DNA of 64,000 bases from Camelus dromedarius (Eukaryota): contig NC_087436.1 in the NCBI RefSeq assembly GCF_036321535.1, forward strand, positions 12,028,001-12,092,000, read 5' to 3'. The notes below the pieces were generated by a model that ran no database searches, was not told the DNA's origin, and saw only the letters and a program-made list of their open reading frames with translations. Shown here in pieces: positions 36,533 through 48,050 of this stretch (its first letter is position 1; each line of letters begins with the position of its first letter). Made by a program: the position numbers and the translations under genes.

Positions 36533-38747
36533 TTTACTATAAATCACAGATTCACAGTAAACAATGTCATCTCACTAAAATTAGTTTTACACCTATTTAC
36601 TACCGATTTAAAAGAATTGAAAACTTGGAATTCCGCAAAAGATCTTTGAGCGATAAAAATCTGTATTAAAAATCAAAGTGCTAAAGTTTACTCGATGAAA
36701 GTCTTTAAATTTCCACTCAACATTTATTTTCTCTTATTTTACTCACAATTTAACCCATTCACTTTCTAAGGGCAAAAAAATAAACTGCAAATGTTAAGAA
36801 AGATAACCAATAGCAAGCACTTCTATCTGAGGATTTAAACTCTTAATCTCCCACATCTTGTGAGGCTGGCAACCTGGTAACAAGGGAAGTGATAAAAAAA
36901 AAAAAATACTATGAAAATAAGATAGGGCAAAAAATCTAAGTCATTGGGGGGCCACATAATGTGCTCTGTGCAGGAACAAAGGTGTTACACGCTCTGGAGT
37001 CTCTGAGGACGGTGTAATGTAATTCAGTACAGTCCCTGATGTCTGAAGAAGTTTAATGATCGCTCAGAGGACATGCTCCATTTAAGAAAACGGGATGAGT
37101 TCTATACAAAACTATGAAAGTGAAACATTGAATTTTGGTGATTTTTGTCTACTAGGAACAGCTATTCTCTAAGATAAAAGGGAAGATGGCAGGTGGAGAG
37201 AAACAGCAGGAGGTGAGAAGGGAAGGGGCTGAACATTGGTTTGTCCACATTTTATCACAGAGGAGATTACTTTAAAAATTAGTCATCTTTTATGGTATCC
37301 CATAAGAAACTTTGGGGCAAATATAGGTTAGATACACAGAATGTTGTGAAAGAGCTCAATATTGATACCAGTCACTGCAACCAAACCATTACTAGGAAAA
37401 TACTGGGCCCCTCCTCCTGTGTCAAATGCCATCCTCTGTGTGCTTTTATGACAAGATTTTAATGGCGCCTTTGGATTATTACACGCTTTGGCCTAAGCTG
37501 GTGAATGACTGTTAGGTCCGTTCACTGACTTCAAATCACATGTTATCAGTGAAACCTTCACTGCTGAGTTTCCTTTCATTGTATCTCTAGGCTGACCATT
37601 TCCTGTCAATGTCCCTTAGAACGGAGAATATACTGAAAGCTGGGGTCAGCCACTGTGCCGCTAACTCCACACTTCTGGCTCTGGAAGATAAAGCAGTTTT
37701 TATTTTGTTTTGTTTCAAAATATTATTTTTTTCTTTTTTTTTTTTAAACCAGCATTAGATTTTTCTGTGATTTGTTTCTTGCTGAAAATCAGCAAGGTAC
37801 GTTTTAAACAATATATGGTGATGTTTAAAGACTCACCCACTGCAAAATGAATTAATTTCTTACTGTGCATATTATGCTTCATTCAAGAATTTGCATGCTG
37901 TGTCCAACTCACGGTTTTGAGACCGCACAAAGTAAAAATCTGAAAATGATCCTTGAAATATGGGGACTCGTGAAAACCTAGTAAGCAATGTGTAATGATC
38001 AGCTCGTGGAGAAGAAATAATTTTTTAAAAGCTCACTGTATACCGGGTAGAACTATAAGGCAATATCCTCCAGATAACTATCTAAACATTTGGGTTCACA
38101 GCCTTGTGTTTTTTTAGAGTAAATTTCATCAGTCACTCTTCTTCCTTCTTCATTTTATCTTTGAAAATATAATTGAGCCATTAATCTGACCACATTGGGG
38201 GAAAGGAGCATATCAATAAAAGGAGGTAAACAAATCCCAAAATACAACTATCAACATAAGAAGACTTTCCCTGTGCCAGGTGACCGGAAGACAGCTGCTT
38301 GGAAGTGTGACAATGACCCTCACCCTTTGGATTTCTCACATTTTTATTAGACTGGCTGATGACCAAGGTGTGAGGAATTAGAATTCTGAGCCCTCGGTAA
38401 TTCACAGCACACAACCAGTTTTGACTGAAATGACAGAAGGAGATGGAAGCTACTTGTGTGTGGGAGAAATAAGATGAAGGAGTAGGTAGTTATCTGCATG
38501 GTCCTGAAAAGGCTTATTATTGTGTTATTCTCATTGCTACTATTTACCTTTCTTCTCTGTCAGCCTCAGACCATGTTTCCTGCTTTGTGAGCAGAGCACT
38601 ATCTTTATGAGAAATGAAATCAACTGATTGCTGTATAAAATGGAAAAAAAGTCACTTGAATCCAGAGGTAAAATGATGCAATCATGTTGTGCAGTGATAT
38701 GGTGAAGAATGTGCTTAACTGATAGCTCCTGGGTCATTGTTTGGAGC

Positions 38748-38870
38748 TATCTTGATTATGGTGATGGTTTCATAGGAGTACACATCTATCAAAATTCATC
38801 AAATTATACATCTGAAATATGTGTAGTTTACTATACAGGAATCATATCATAATAAAGGTGTTTTTTTAAA
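38748..38870 (+). mobile_element. Old LINE-1 extreme 3' end
   Basis: tatcttgattatggtgatggtttcatagg...aaaattcatcaaattatacat...aataaagg plus an A-rich tail. Confidence 0.75.
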
Positions 38871-39274
38871 AAAAGAAAATGTAAGCCAAAAATAAAATCA
38901 TCAAATGTGAATAAAAAAGTCAGAGCTGGTTCTCACAAGGATAGATTAACAATTTTGACAGGTACAAGGAGGGGCTGTCCCCTGGAAAGAGGTCTCTGAG
39001 CAAGTCCCACCCAAGGGAACAGGTGTTATAAAAGAAGAAGACACAAGAGGATAAAGGAAAGTCAGTGGGGGCCTGAAGAAATGATGACCTGCATTTTGTT
39101 TTAGTTTTGATTAAGCCCCTAAGAGTGAGATGGGGGAGAAAATCTACCAGTTGAACAGTTGTCTTCAAACTGTTTTTGATATTATTATTATTTTGTACTT
39201 TTGTTTGTTTGCTGATTTTTGGTTGATTGATGTTTTGTTTTGTTTTGTTTGTTTGTTTGTTCGTTTATACACAC

Positions 39275-39397
39275 ACCTTTATTGCGGTATGGCTCCTGTA
39301 CCGTAAACTACACATATTTCAGATGTACAATTTGATGAACTTTGATAGATGTATACATCCAAGAAAGCACCACCACAATCAAGATTGCTAACATCAT
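39275..39397 (-). mobile_element. Old LINE-1 extreme 3' end
   Basis: ctttattgcggtat...gtacaatttgatgaactttga...caccaccacaatcaagat; preceded by a (TTTG/TTTTG)n tract. Confidence 0.75.
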
Positions 39398-39739
39398 GTT
39401 TTAAACTAAGTCGTCACTCAGCTTCCTCACTGGTCAAATGCCAAATTGAACTACTTTTGGCTTTTAAATAGAAAGTTCTGGTTTTCTTGAAAACATCCAC
39501 ACTAGTGTGATTTTTCTTTCTTTTTGCAAGTTTCAGGGTCCCTGCCTCTCTGTTACATGCACTTCCAGGGACAGATGGCAGAGGAAGACACCACCTGTCT
39601 GACATAAGACCCTGCCTGGCCGATGCTCTGAGTGTCGTGCTGGGAAGCAGTGTCTGTCCCCAAGGAAGCAATAATTGTTACATAATTGTATATTCCAGCC
39701 CTTGGTGGTGCTGCATTTTGCTGTTAATTATGTACTGCC

Positions 39740-39976
39740 ATATATATATATATACATTTTAAATTGTGGTATGGTAAGTTTACAATGTTGCGTCAATTTC
39801 TGGTGTACAGCAAAATGCTTCAGTCATACATGGATATACAAATATTCATTTTTATATTCTTTTTCACTGTAAGCTACTACAAGATACTGAATACATTTCC
39901 CTATGCTCTACAGTATAAACTTGTTTATCTGTTTTATGTATACCAGTCAGTATCTGCAAATCTTGAATTCCCAGTT
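39740..39976 (-). mobile_element. Young 5'-truncated LINE-1 3'UTR
   Basis: gtttacaatgttgcgtcaatttctggtgtacagc...cagtatctgcaaatcttgaattcccag; related to the 15.7 kb and 47.9 kb copies; TSD tactgcc at 39733-39739 and 39977-39983. Confidence 0.88.
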
Positions 39977-39984
39977 TACTGCCT

Positions 39985-40255
39985 TGTATTTTTAAACTTG
40001 ACGTGTCTGTCTCTGCAAACTGTTAACTCCTAGAGAACAGAGACAGTGTCATGTTGCTTTTATAGCCTCCAAAAAACAAGAAGCACAAGAGAATTAAACA
40101 AATCCTCAGCAAACTACATTCAACACTGGACCGTAATTTTCATGAAGGCAGGCCTGTGACTGTTTTGTTCACCATTACAGATTTAATGCTCAGCACAGTT
40201 CCTGAAATAGAGTTAAGTGCTTCATAAATATTTGTTTAGTAGATGAATAAATGAG
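39985..40255 (+). mobile_element. LINE-2 3' end fragments
   Basis: ctgttaactcctagagaacagagacagtgtc and catgaaggcaggcctgtgactgttttgttcacc...gtgcttcataaatatttgtttagtagatgaataaatga. Confidence 0.7.
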
Positions 40256-41449
40256 TTTTTTAAAATGATAAATTGTATTGTCAACTGAGGCAGAAGTTTC
40301 AGTGAAGGGCAAGAGTGGACGGGTAGAGACATGTGTCGCTGAAGGTCCTAGGAGGACCGGCCCTCACAGACGGCTTCCTCTACCTCGCTGGCCTGGCGTC
40401 AAAAGTAAGGGTGGAGCCAGAGAAACTTGACTGGATCTAGTTATGCTTTTAAATCTTCGGAGCCAGGATACGACTCCATTCCAGGATACTGCTCACCATC
40501 CACTTCTCCATTCCCCATTCCCAGTTCCCTCATCAAAGGATGGACTTGGGCTGGACGCCTCACTGCGTTTTGGTTAGGAGGACCAGCTTCTATTTTCTGG
40601 TCAAGTAATAGTATCCTTTGTGAAATTCACAGCATATGGTTTTGATAATTTTCACTTCAAACTCAAAGGAAAAGAAAAACCCTCTGTCTCTGTAACGTGC
40701 GTTGCAAGGCCAGTTACAGCTCGCGATGGCAGAGGTGCCTCGACTCACAGACCCAGGCTTCCAGATTCACCCCACAACCTGTTAGTTCATGATGCCAGCC
40801 CATCATCCATTCTGTCCACACATTAAATTGGAAGTTGAAGGCCTTGCTTTGGGCATTTATGTATCTCCTGCTCCACACACAGCCTGTGTTCATGAGTATT
40901 TGTTAAATAACCGCCTGAATGAATGGTCATTGTATTTCCTCTTACTACTAACCCATCTTTTTCTCCTTGAGAGGACTTGCTGTTTGTCAGAATATATCCA
41001 TTACCCCTCTGATTCATGTTTGTGTCCTGTATTTTAAGATCTCCTGCTGGAAAATCATAGTTTCCAATGTCATAAGGTTGATGTGACCGCTCAGAAACTT
41101 CTTAACCTTGGTTTGTTACTTCAAGTTCCCAGCATTCTGATTCATGATCGCCTCATTAAAATTAGAGCAAAATCCACAGAGGGAACATTTTCCCTACACT
41201 CCTTAGGATATATTGTTTTTCAGTTCTCCCTCTGCCCACCAGTTGAAACTATAGCTAGAAACTTTTTTTAAAAGCAGCTGAATGGGTTTTTCAAAGTACA
41301 ATTTTATTTACCTGGATATAAATATAAAAAAGAAAAAAATGCAGTCTAACCATGGTCATCTAATATAATTAAGAATGTATTTAGTAATCCATTAAGAAAA
41401 TGCAAATAAAAATAATAGTATTTGTGTATATTTTAAAAATAAGTGCCCT

Positions 41450-41718
41450 TAGGATGCAATGTACAATATGATGGCTATAATTAATACTGCTGCAATGAAA
41501 ATATAGGAAAGTTGTTAAGAGAGTAGATCCTAAGGTTGTCATCACAAGGAAAAATCTTTTTTCTTTTCTTTTTATTGTATCTACATGAGATGATGGATGT
41601 TGACTCAACCTAGTGTGGTGATCATTTCACAATATATGTAAATCAAACCATCACGCTGTACGCCTTAGACTTGTCCAGTGATGAATGTCAGTTATTTCTC
41701 AATAAAACTGAAATAAAA
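41450..41718 (+). mobile_element. LINE-1 3'UTR fragment (intermediate age)
   Basis: aaagttgttaagagagtagatcctaag, gtggtgatcatttcacaatatatgtaaatc, gtcagttatttctcaataaaactg. Confidence 0.85.
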
Positions 41719-42323
41719 ATGCCATTATCCTTTCAGTTTTCAACTTAAGTCTTCTGTCATCATAATTACGAGAAAGATAACAGTTTAAATAAATGTGCCT
41801 TTAAAAGTTTTCACTATCTTTCTTTTCTGAAGGCAACTGAGCCAGTACCGGATTTTTCTCATCTCTAGATGCAGTTAGAACCAATTGATTGATCTGGGGA
41901 GCTCTCAAAAGGGTACTATATTAAAGTTTCTGATTCTAATACTGTCCCCTCTGAGAGACCCAAGAGTATCCTCTGAAATGCTTGGAATATTTTTCTTTTA
42001 GAAACTTTGTGATTTTGATCCTAATCTGCAAATCTGACTTCCCCAAAGAGTTGTTGAATACACTCCTTTTTTGTTTCCCAGTTATGATGAAATGAAATAA
42101 CTTACCTTGGAATAACGTTGAGAGCTTTCACAAAGTTACAGCATAAGCTACAACTTGACCTCTGTCTAGCCCATCTGTTTGGTCCCATCCCTCTTGGTCT
42201 CTCTGGAGCCCAAGCTGTTATTAAATTGCCTGGGAAATATGTTGGCTGGTAACTTAGATTGTGTTGTCTCCAGTATTATATTTTATCACAGGATTTTATA
42301 GGCAGAATATTCTTGAAAATCCA

Positions 42324-42388
42324 TAAATTATTTTTTCTCAGTTTTAAATTCTGCTTTTTGATGCGTTTAAGCAGCCCTTACCACCACC
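42324..42388 (+). repeat. 65-bp perfect direct repeat, copy 1
   Basis: taaattattttttctcagttttaaattctgctttttgatgcgtttaagcagcccttaccaccacc, identical to 43352-43416. Confidence 0.95.
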
Positions 42389-43351
42389 ATAAGAAATTAT
42401 TGCTTGTGATATTTCTTGGGGCAGCATTTTAAGGTGTTCTCTGGTGGCCACATGCTCCAGGCAGACCCTGTGAACAGACACCTTAGGAGGTACTGGGCTG
42501 GTGGCAGGGTTGGCTGGAGGTTATAAAAAAGCAAAAACAAAAACAAATGTTTTTTTTACAGCCGGCACAATGTGTATGGGATCAGATAACAGATACTTTC
42601 TTTGTTATTTCCCCCAAAGTAAATAAACAAGCAAAAGGTCCCCTGCAAATTGCCCACATATAAGCCTCAAGATCTTCAGCGAGCGCTCGTGTCCATAAAT
42701 AGGGTAGGTGGGCTATAAAAAAAAAAGCAAGAACGAGAAAAGGCGAAAGATAGAAATATGTCCATCTACAGAGAGAACAAGCCAACTGCCAGACTCTAGA
42801 AACCCAGACAGTTTTCTGATGGCGAGCTGTCACCTGGCAAGGCTCCTGAACGCCATATAAGTCGTTACTATAATTTACTGATTCAACAGCTGTAGAATTG
42901 CCTCTTGGACCAAATGACTTAAGAGTTTAAATTTCATATCTTTAACTTTTCTACTTGAAAACTTAAAATTACCTTTAAAACTTTAAAATGATTTTTATCA
43001 TATTATTTTATAAGATGTAAGTTTCCTAGAATATTTTGTACATATATTTTATAATTGCTCTTACTTTGTGTGTGTACACGTTTGTATTATTTTTTGTTTG
43101 TAGGTACTCATGATGCTTATTTGCACTTTATTCATAAAATTTTAAAAAGACTTCCACTTCTAATGTATATACAAAATAAAGAAAATGTTCATAAGAATAT
43201 GCAGTAAGTACAGTTTACATGCAAGTTAAGTTTAAAATACTTATCTTTAGAAATCTAGGTTATAATGTGAATAAATAATGACATCTTGATTTGCTTTCCC
43301 CATCACTCCATAAAAAATATTCATGAAAACCCAAAAAAGAGAAAAGGACTC

Positions 43352-43416
43352 TAAATTATTTTTTCTCAGTTTTAAATTCTGCTTTTTGATGCGTTTAAGC
43401 AGCCCTTACCACCACC
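43352..43416 (+). repeat. 65-bp perfect direct repeat, copy 2
   Basis: Base-for-base identical to 42324-42388. Confidence 0.95.
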
Positions 43417-43419
43417 GTC

Positions 43420-46400
43420 TTTTAATTTGTTTCTTTTTCCTTATCCATCTTTTTATGCAGTATTTGGTATGTCCAAAGAATATACGTGCCAGAGATTTAA
43501 TTTATAAGGCATAACTAATAAAGTGAATGACCATGTGCCCAACACCCTGTGCTTTTTTCCTACCCCCTCCTCCTGCCTCACTTTCTAGGCACAACCACTA
43601 TTTTGAATTTTACATTAGCATCCTCCCCATCTTCAAGTTTTATTATGTACCTATACAGCCCTACACACCACATTGTTTATTCTTCAACTCTTTAAGAATA
43701 TTATCACACAGTCTTCTGGGATTTGCAGTTTTCACTCAACATTATATCTTTAGGGTTCATCTTTGTTATGTGCAACTGATTAACAGTGTTTTGTTGTATG
43801 CATATACCATAATATATTTATTTATCCTTTCGTTTGCTGATGAGCATTTGGGATCTCTCAATTTTCTGATACTGTGAACTGATTATATGAACATTCTGTT
43901 ATTTCTACTGCATATGGATAAGCCTTTCTCTAAAGTAAGTACCTAGGAGAAGTGCTGATTGTAGTGTATGACTATCTTCCATTTTAGCAGGAAATGTTAA
44001 TTATTTTTTTCTGAGTCTGTTGCATCCACATCATCACCAATGTTGGTATTATCAAGCTTAATTTTTCCCAATTGAAGGAATAAAATAATGTCACAATGCT
44101 CTTAATTTACATTTTCCTGATCATTAATGAGACTGATAACTTTTCATGTACCTATTCACATTCTGTGTCCTCTTCTGAGAAATGCCTTATTGCTTTATTT
44201 GTCTTTAACTGATTTGTAGGACTTCCTTATATTTTTGCAAACTGTTTATTGGTGGTGTGTTACAAATACATCCTTCTAGAATGTGACTTGTTTTTCACTT
44301 TATTTATGGTGTCTTCTGATGCATATTAAGTCTTAATTTTTAATGTAATGTAAGTTGTCAGTCTTTACTTTTGTCAAAGTACTTTTCCTGGCCTCTTGAA
44401 GAAATTCTTCACTATTCTGGGAAATTTGATTTTCTCACAGTGATGTTTTCCTGTTTTTGTTTTTTTTGTTTTTGTTTTTGTTTTTGTTTTTGCCCTAATG
44501 GTTGTAAGTTTGTCTTTCACAGTTAAATCCTTAATCTATCTGATAATTATTTTCATCTGTGTTGTGAGATTGGGCTCCAATTTCATTTTTTTCACATGGA
44601 TACCCAACCGTTCCAGCACTGTTTATTGAATATCTTTCCACAGTTATTAAAAATACTTCCTGTGTCATATAGTAAATGTCCAAATAATCATGGGTATGAT
44701 TCTGGGTTATTTTTTATTTCACTGGTCAATTTATCTATTCCTGTGCTACTCTATATTTTTAAAATTAGTGTAGCTTAAGAGTAAATCTGAATAATTATAA
44801 GGCAGGTCCACCTTATTTTTCTGCTACAAGAGTGTCTGTTTTCTTGGTTATTTGTTCTTCCGCATAAATTTTACAATAATCTTGCAAAAGTCCACAAAAA
44901 TCTCTAGGGATTTTGAAGAACTTATATTAAGTCCATAGACAAATTTGAGTCATAATTAAAACTGCGATACTGTGTTTCCTTAGCAAAAAACTCTTTATGT
45001 CTGCATTTGTTTATGTCTACTTTAATACCTTTCCAAAAGGTATTAAATTAATTTCCTTGATAAAATATTTTTGCAACTTTTAGAGTTATTCTTAGGTATA
45101 CAACATATTTTATTCCTACTGTAAATGGTAACAGTCTTAAAATCTGATTTTCTTAGTTTTTGGTGCTGCTATGAAGAAATACAATGGGTATTATTGATCA
45201 TATCTCCAGCCAGCTCGCTAAATTTGTGTTTTTAATAGTTTGTACATTTGTGGGGAAGTTTTGTTTTATTTGCAAACAGTTATGTAATTTGAGGAAAACA
45301 ATTTTGCTTCCTCCTTTTACATGTGTATAACTTTTATTTCTTCTTGTATTACTATGCTAGCAAAGACTTTCAGTACCATGTTTAATGGTGTAGGAAGATT
45401 GTATGTCCTTAACTTGTTCATTATTTGGAAGGGAATTCTCCTGATGCTTCATCATTAGCTATGATGTTTCCTTTAGCCTTTTGGTGGAAACCTCTTATCA
45501 AATTAAAGGAGTTCTCTTTTATTCGTAGTTTGTTAAGCATTTTTATCACTTGAAGTATTGAGTTTTATCAAATTTTTGTTTTGTATGTATTTAATATTTG
45601 ATGTGGTGAATGACATTTATAGATTTTTAAATGTTAAACTATTCTTGGATTACTGGGATAAATACACCTTGGTCATTTGTGAATTAGGTTTTGTATCCAT
45701 TTCAGTATTAATTTGGGGCCTACTGCATTTTTATTCTTGCCTGAAACAGGCATATCATTTTTCTTACTCATATAATCCCTGTCTGATTTTGGTGTCATGG
45801 TTGTTCTGACTTCATGAGAGGATTGGAAGTATTCCTTCCTCTTTAACTATCTTGAAAAATGTATATAAAAGCCAAAATATTTGGTACTTTGAATGTTTTG
45901 TCCAATTTGTGAAACTACTATGGTTCATGTTTATTATATGAATATTTTAACTACTGATTCAATGACTAGTATATATTTAGACTATTTCTTCTTTTTTGAA
46001 ACAGTTTTATAAGTGCTATTTTCTCAAAATTTGCTCATTTTACATATACTTTCAATAATATAAACTTGTTATTGTTATTGTTATTTCCTTATGCTCTTTT
46101 ACTCTTTGCTGTAACTGTAGTTCTGTTGTCTTTTTAATTCCTGTGGTTGGTTGGGTTTTTTTCCCCTCCTTTTTCTTGAACAATCTCACTAGAGGTTTGT
46201 CTTTGGCTTGGCTGATTCTCTTTCAATCACTTACTTTCACCATTTAGAAAAGTATCTGCTACTTTCTGCGTTCTTTGATTTATTCTATTGTTCTTCTGTT
46301 TTTATATTTTAAATAACTAGCTCATTAAGTTTTGTTTTTCTTTGAATATAACATTTATAGCTATAAACAGTTATAATTCAAAGTATTTCACAGAAATTCA

Positions 46401-46488
46401 CAGGGTTTGATATTTAATAATTTGTATAATTGTTCATTTCTAAGTAAATTAAAGTCCCTATTATGGTCTCCTTTTAACCCATAAGTTA
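43420..46488 (-). mobile_element. Ancient LINE-1 (L1ME-like), 3' part; continues at 55322
   Basis: T-rich antisense L1 motifs (ttttcactcaacattat, catggatacccaaccgttccagcactgtttattgaa, ttcatcattagctatgatgttt); contains a (TTTTTG)n tract at about 44452-44491. Confidence 0.85.
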
Positions 46489-47830
46489 CAGGCATACCTT
46501 AGAGATACTGTGGGTTCAGTTCATACCACCACAATAAAGCAAATATTGCAATAAAGTGAATTACACAAGTTCTTGGTTTCCCAGTGTGTATAAAAGTTAT
46601 GCTTGCACTATACTGTGGTCTATTAAGTGTGCAATAGCATTATGTCTAAAAAACAATGTACACATCTTAATTAAAAATACTTTACTGCTAAAAAATGCTA
46701 AGATCTTCTGAACTTCAGAGAGTCATAATCTTTTTTCTGGTAGAGGATCTTGCCTCATCGTTGGTGGCTGCTGACTAATAAGGGTGGTGGTTGTTGAAGG
46801 TTGGGGTGGCTGTGGCAATTTCTTAAAATAAGACAACCACAAAGTTTGCCACATTGATTGACTCTTCCTTGGGGGAACAATTTCTCTGTAACATGCAATG
46901 CTGTTCAATAGCACTGTATCCACAGTAGAACTTCTTTCAAAATTGGAACCAATCCTCTCAAACCTTGCTGCTGTTTATCAACTAAGTTAACATAACCTCC
47001 TAAATCCTTTGTTGTCATTTCACCAATCTTCACAGCATCTTCACTGGAAGTGGTTTCCACCTCAAGAAACCACTTTCTTTGCTCATCCATAAGAAGAAAC
47101 TCGTCATCTGTTAAAATTTCAATATGAGGTTGCAGCAATTCAGTTATGTCATCAGACTCCACATTGAATTCTAGTTCCCCTGCCATTTCCACCACATGTG
47201 CAGTTACTTCCTCCATTGAAGTCTTGAACCCCTCAAAGTCATCCATGTGGGTTAGAAAAACTTCTTCCTAACTCCTGCTATTGTATTTTGACCTCTTCCC
47301 ATGAATTACAAATGTTCTTACTGGCATCTAGAATGGGAATCCTTTCCAGAAGGTTTTTAATTTACTTTGCTCAGATCCATCAGAGGGATTACCGCCTAAG
47401 GCAGCTATAGCCATATGAAGTGTATCTCTTAAATAGTGACTTGAAAGTGGAAATTACTCCTAGACCCATGGGATGAAGAATGGATGCTGTGTTAGAGGCA
47501 TAAAAACAACATTAACTTCATTGTATATCTTTATCAGAACTGTTGGGTGACCAGGGGGCATTGTCAATGACAGTAATATTTTGTGAGGAATCTATTTTTC
47601 CTAATCAGTAGATCCCAAAAAACTACTTAAAATTTTCAGTAAATCATGTTGTAAATACATGTGCCATCATCCAAGCTTTGTTGTTCCATTTATAGGGCAC
47701 AAGCTGAATAGATGTGGCATAATTTTTAAGGGCCCGAGCATTTTCAGAATGGTAAATGAGCATTGGCTTTGACTTTAAGATGCCAGGTACACTAACCTCT
47801 AACAAGAGAGTCAGCCTCTCCTTTCAATCT
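46489..47830 (-). mobile_element. Tigger1 DNA transposon, 3' half
   Basis: TA then terminal inverted repeat (TIR) caggcatacct at 46489; ORF 46905-47246 (-) [28 protein letters not shown] matches the Tigger1 transposase C-terminal region. Confidence 0.95.
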
Positions 47831-47848
47831 TTTTTGTTTGTTTGTTTT

Positions 47849-47965
47849 ATATATATTTTTACTGAAGTACAGTCAGTTTACAATGTTGTGTCAGTTTCTG
47901 GTGTACAGCACAATGCTTCAGTCATACATGAACATACATATATTCATTTTCATATTCTTTTTTAC
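47849..47965 (-). mobile_element. Young LINE-1 extreme 3' end inserted in an older poly(A)-derived tail
   Basis: actgaagtacagtcagtttacaatgttgtgtcagtttctggtgtacagc...; 14-bp TSD tgtttgtttgtttt at 47835-47848 and 47966-47979. Confidence 0.88.
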
Positions 47966-48050
47966 TGTTTGTTTGTTTTTAATTATTTATTTGCTGAATG
48001 GTTGGTTTATATACCATAAATGAAATCACCTCCACTGTTTGAAATGTTTC

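Noticed and set aside
42095..42225. Minus-strand donor AAG|GTAAGT near 42105 as an upstream exon
   Set aside because: Only a weak matching acceptor and no coding signal; an isolated motif.
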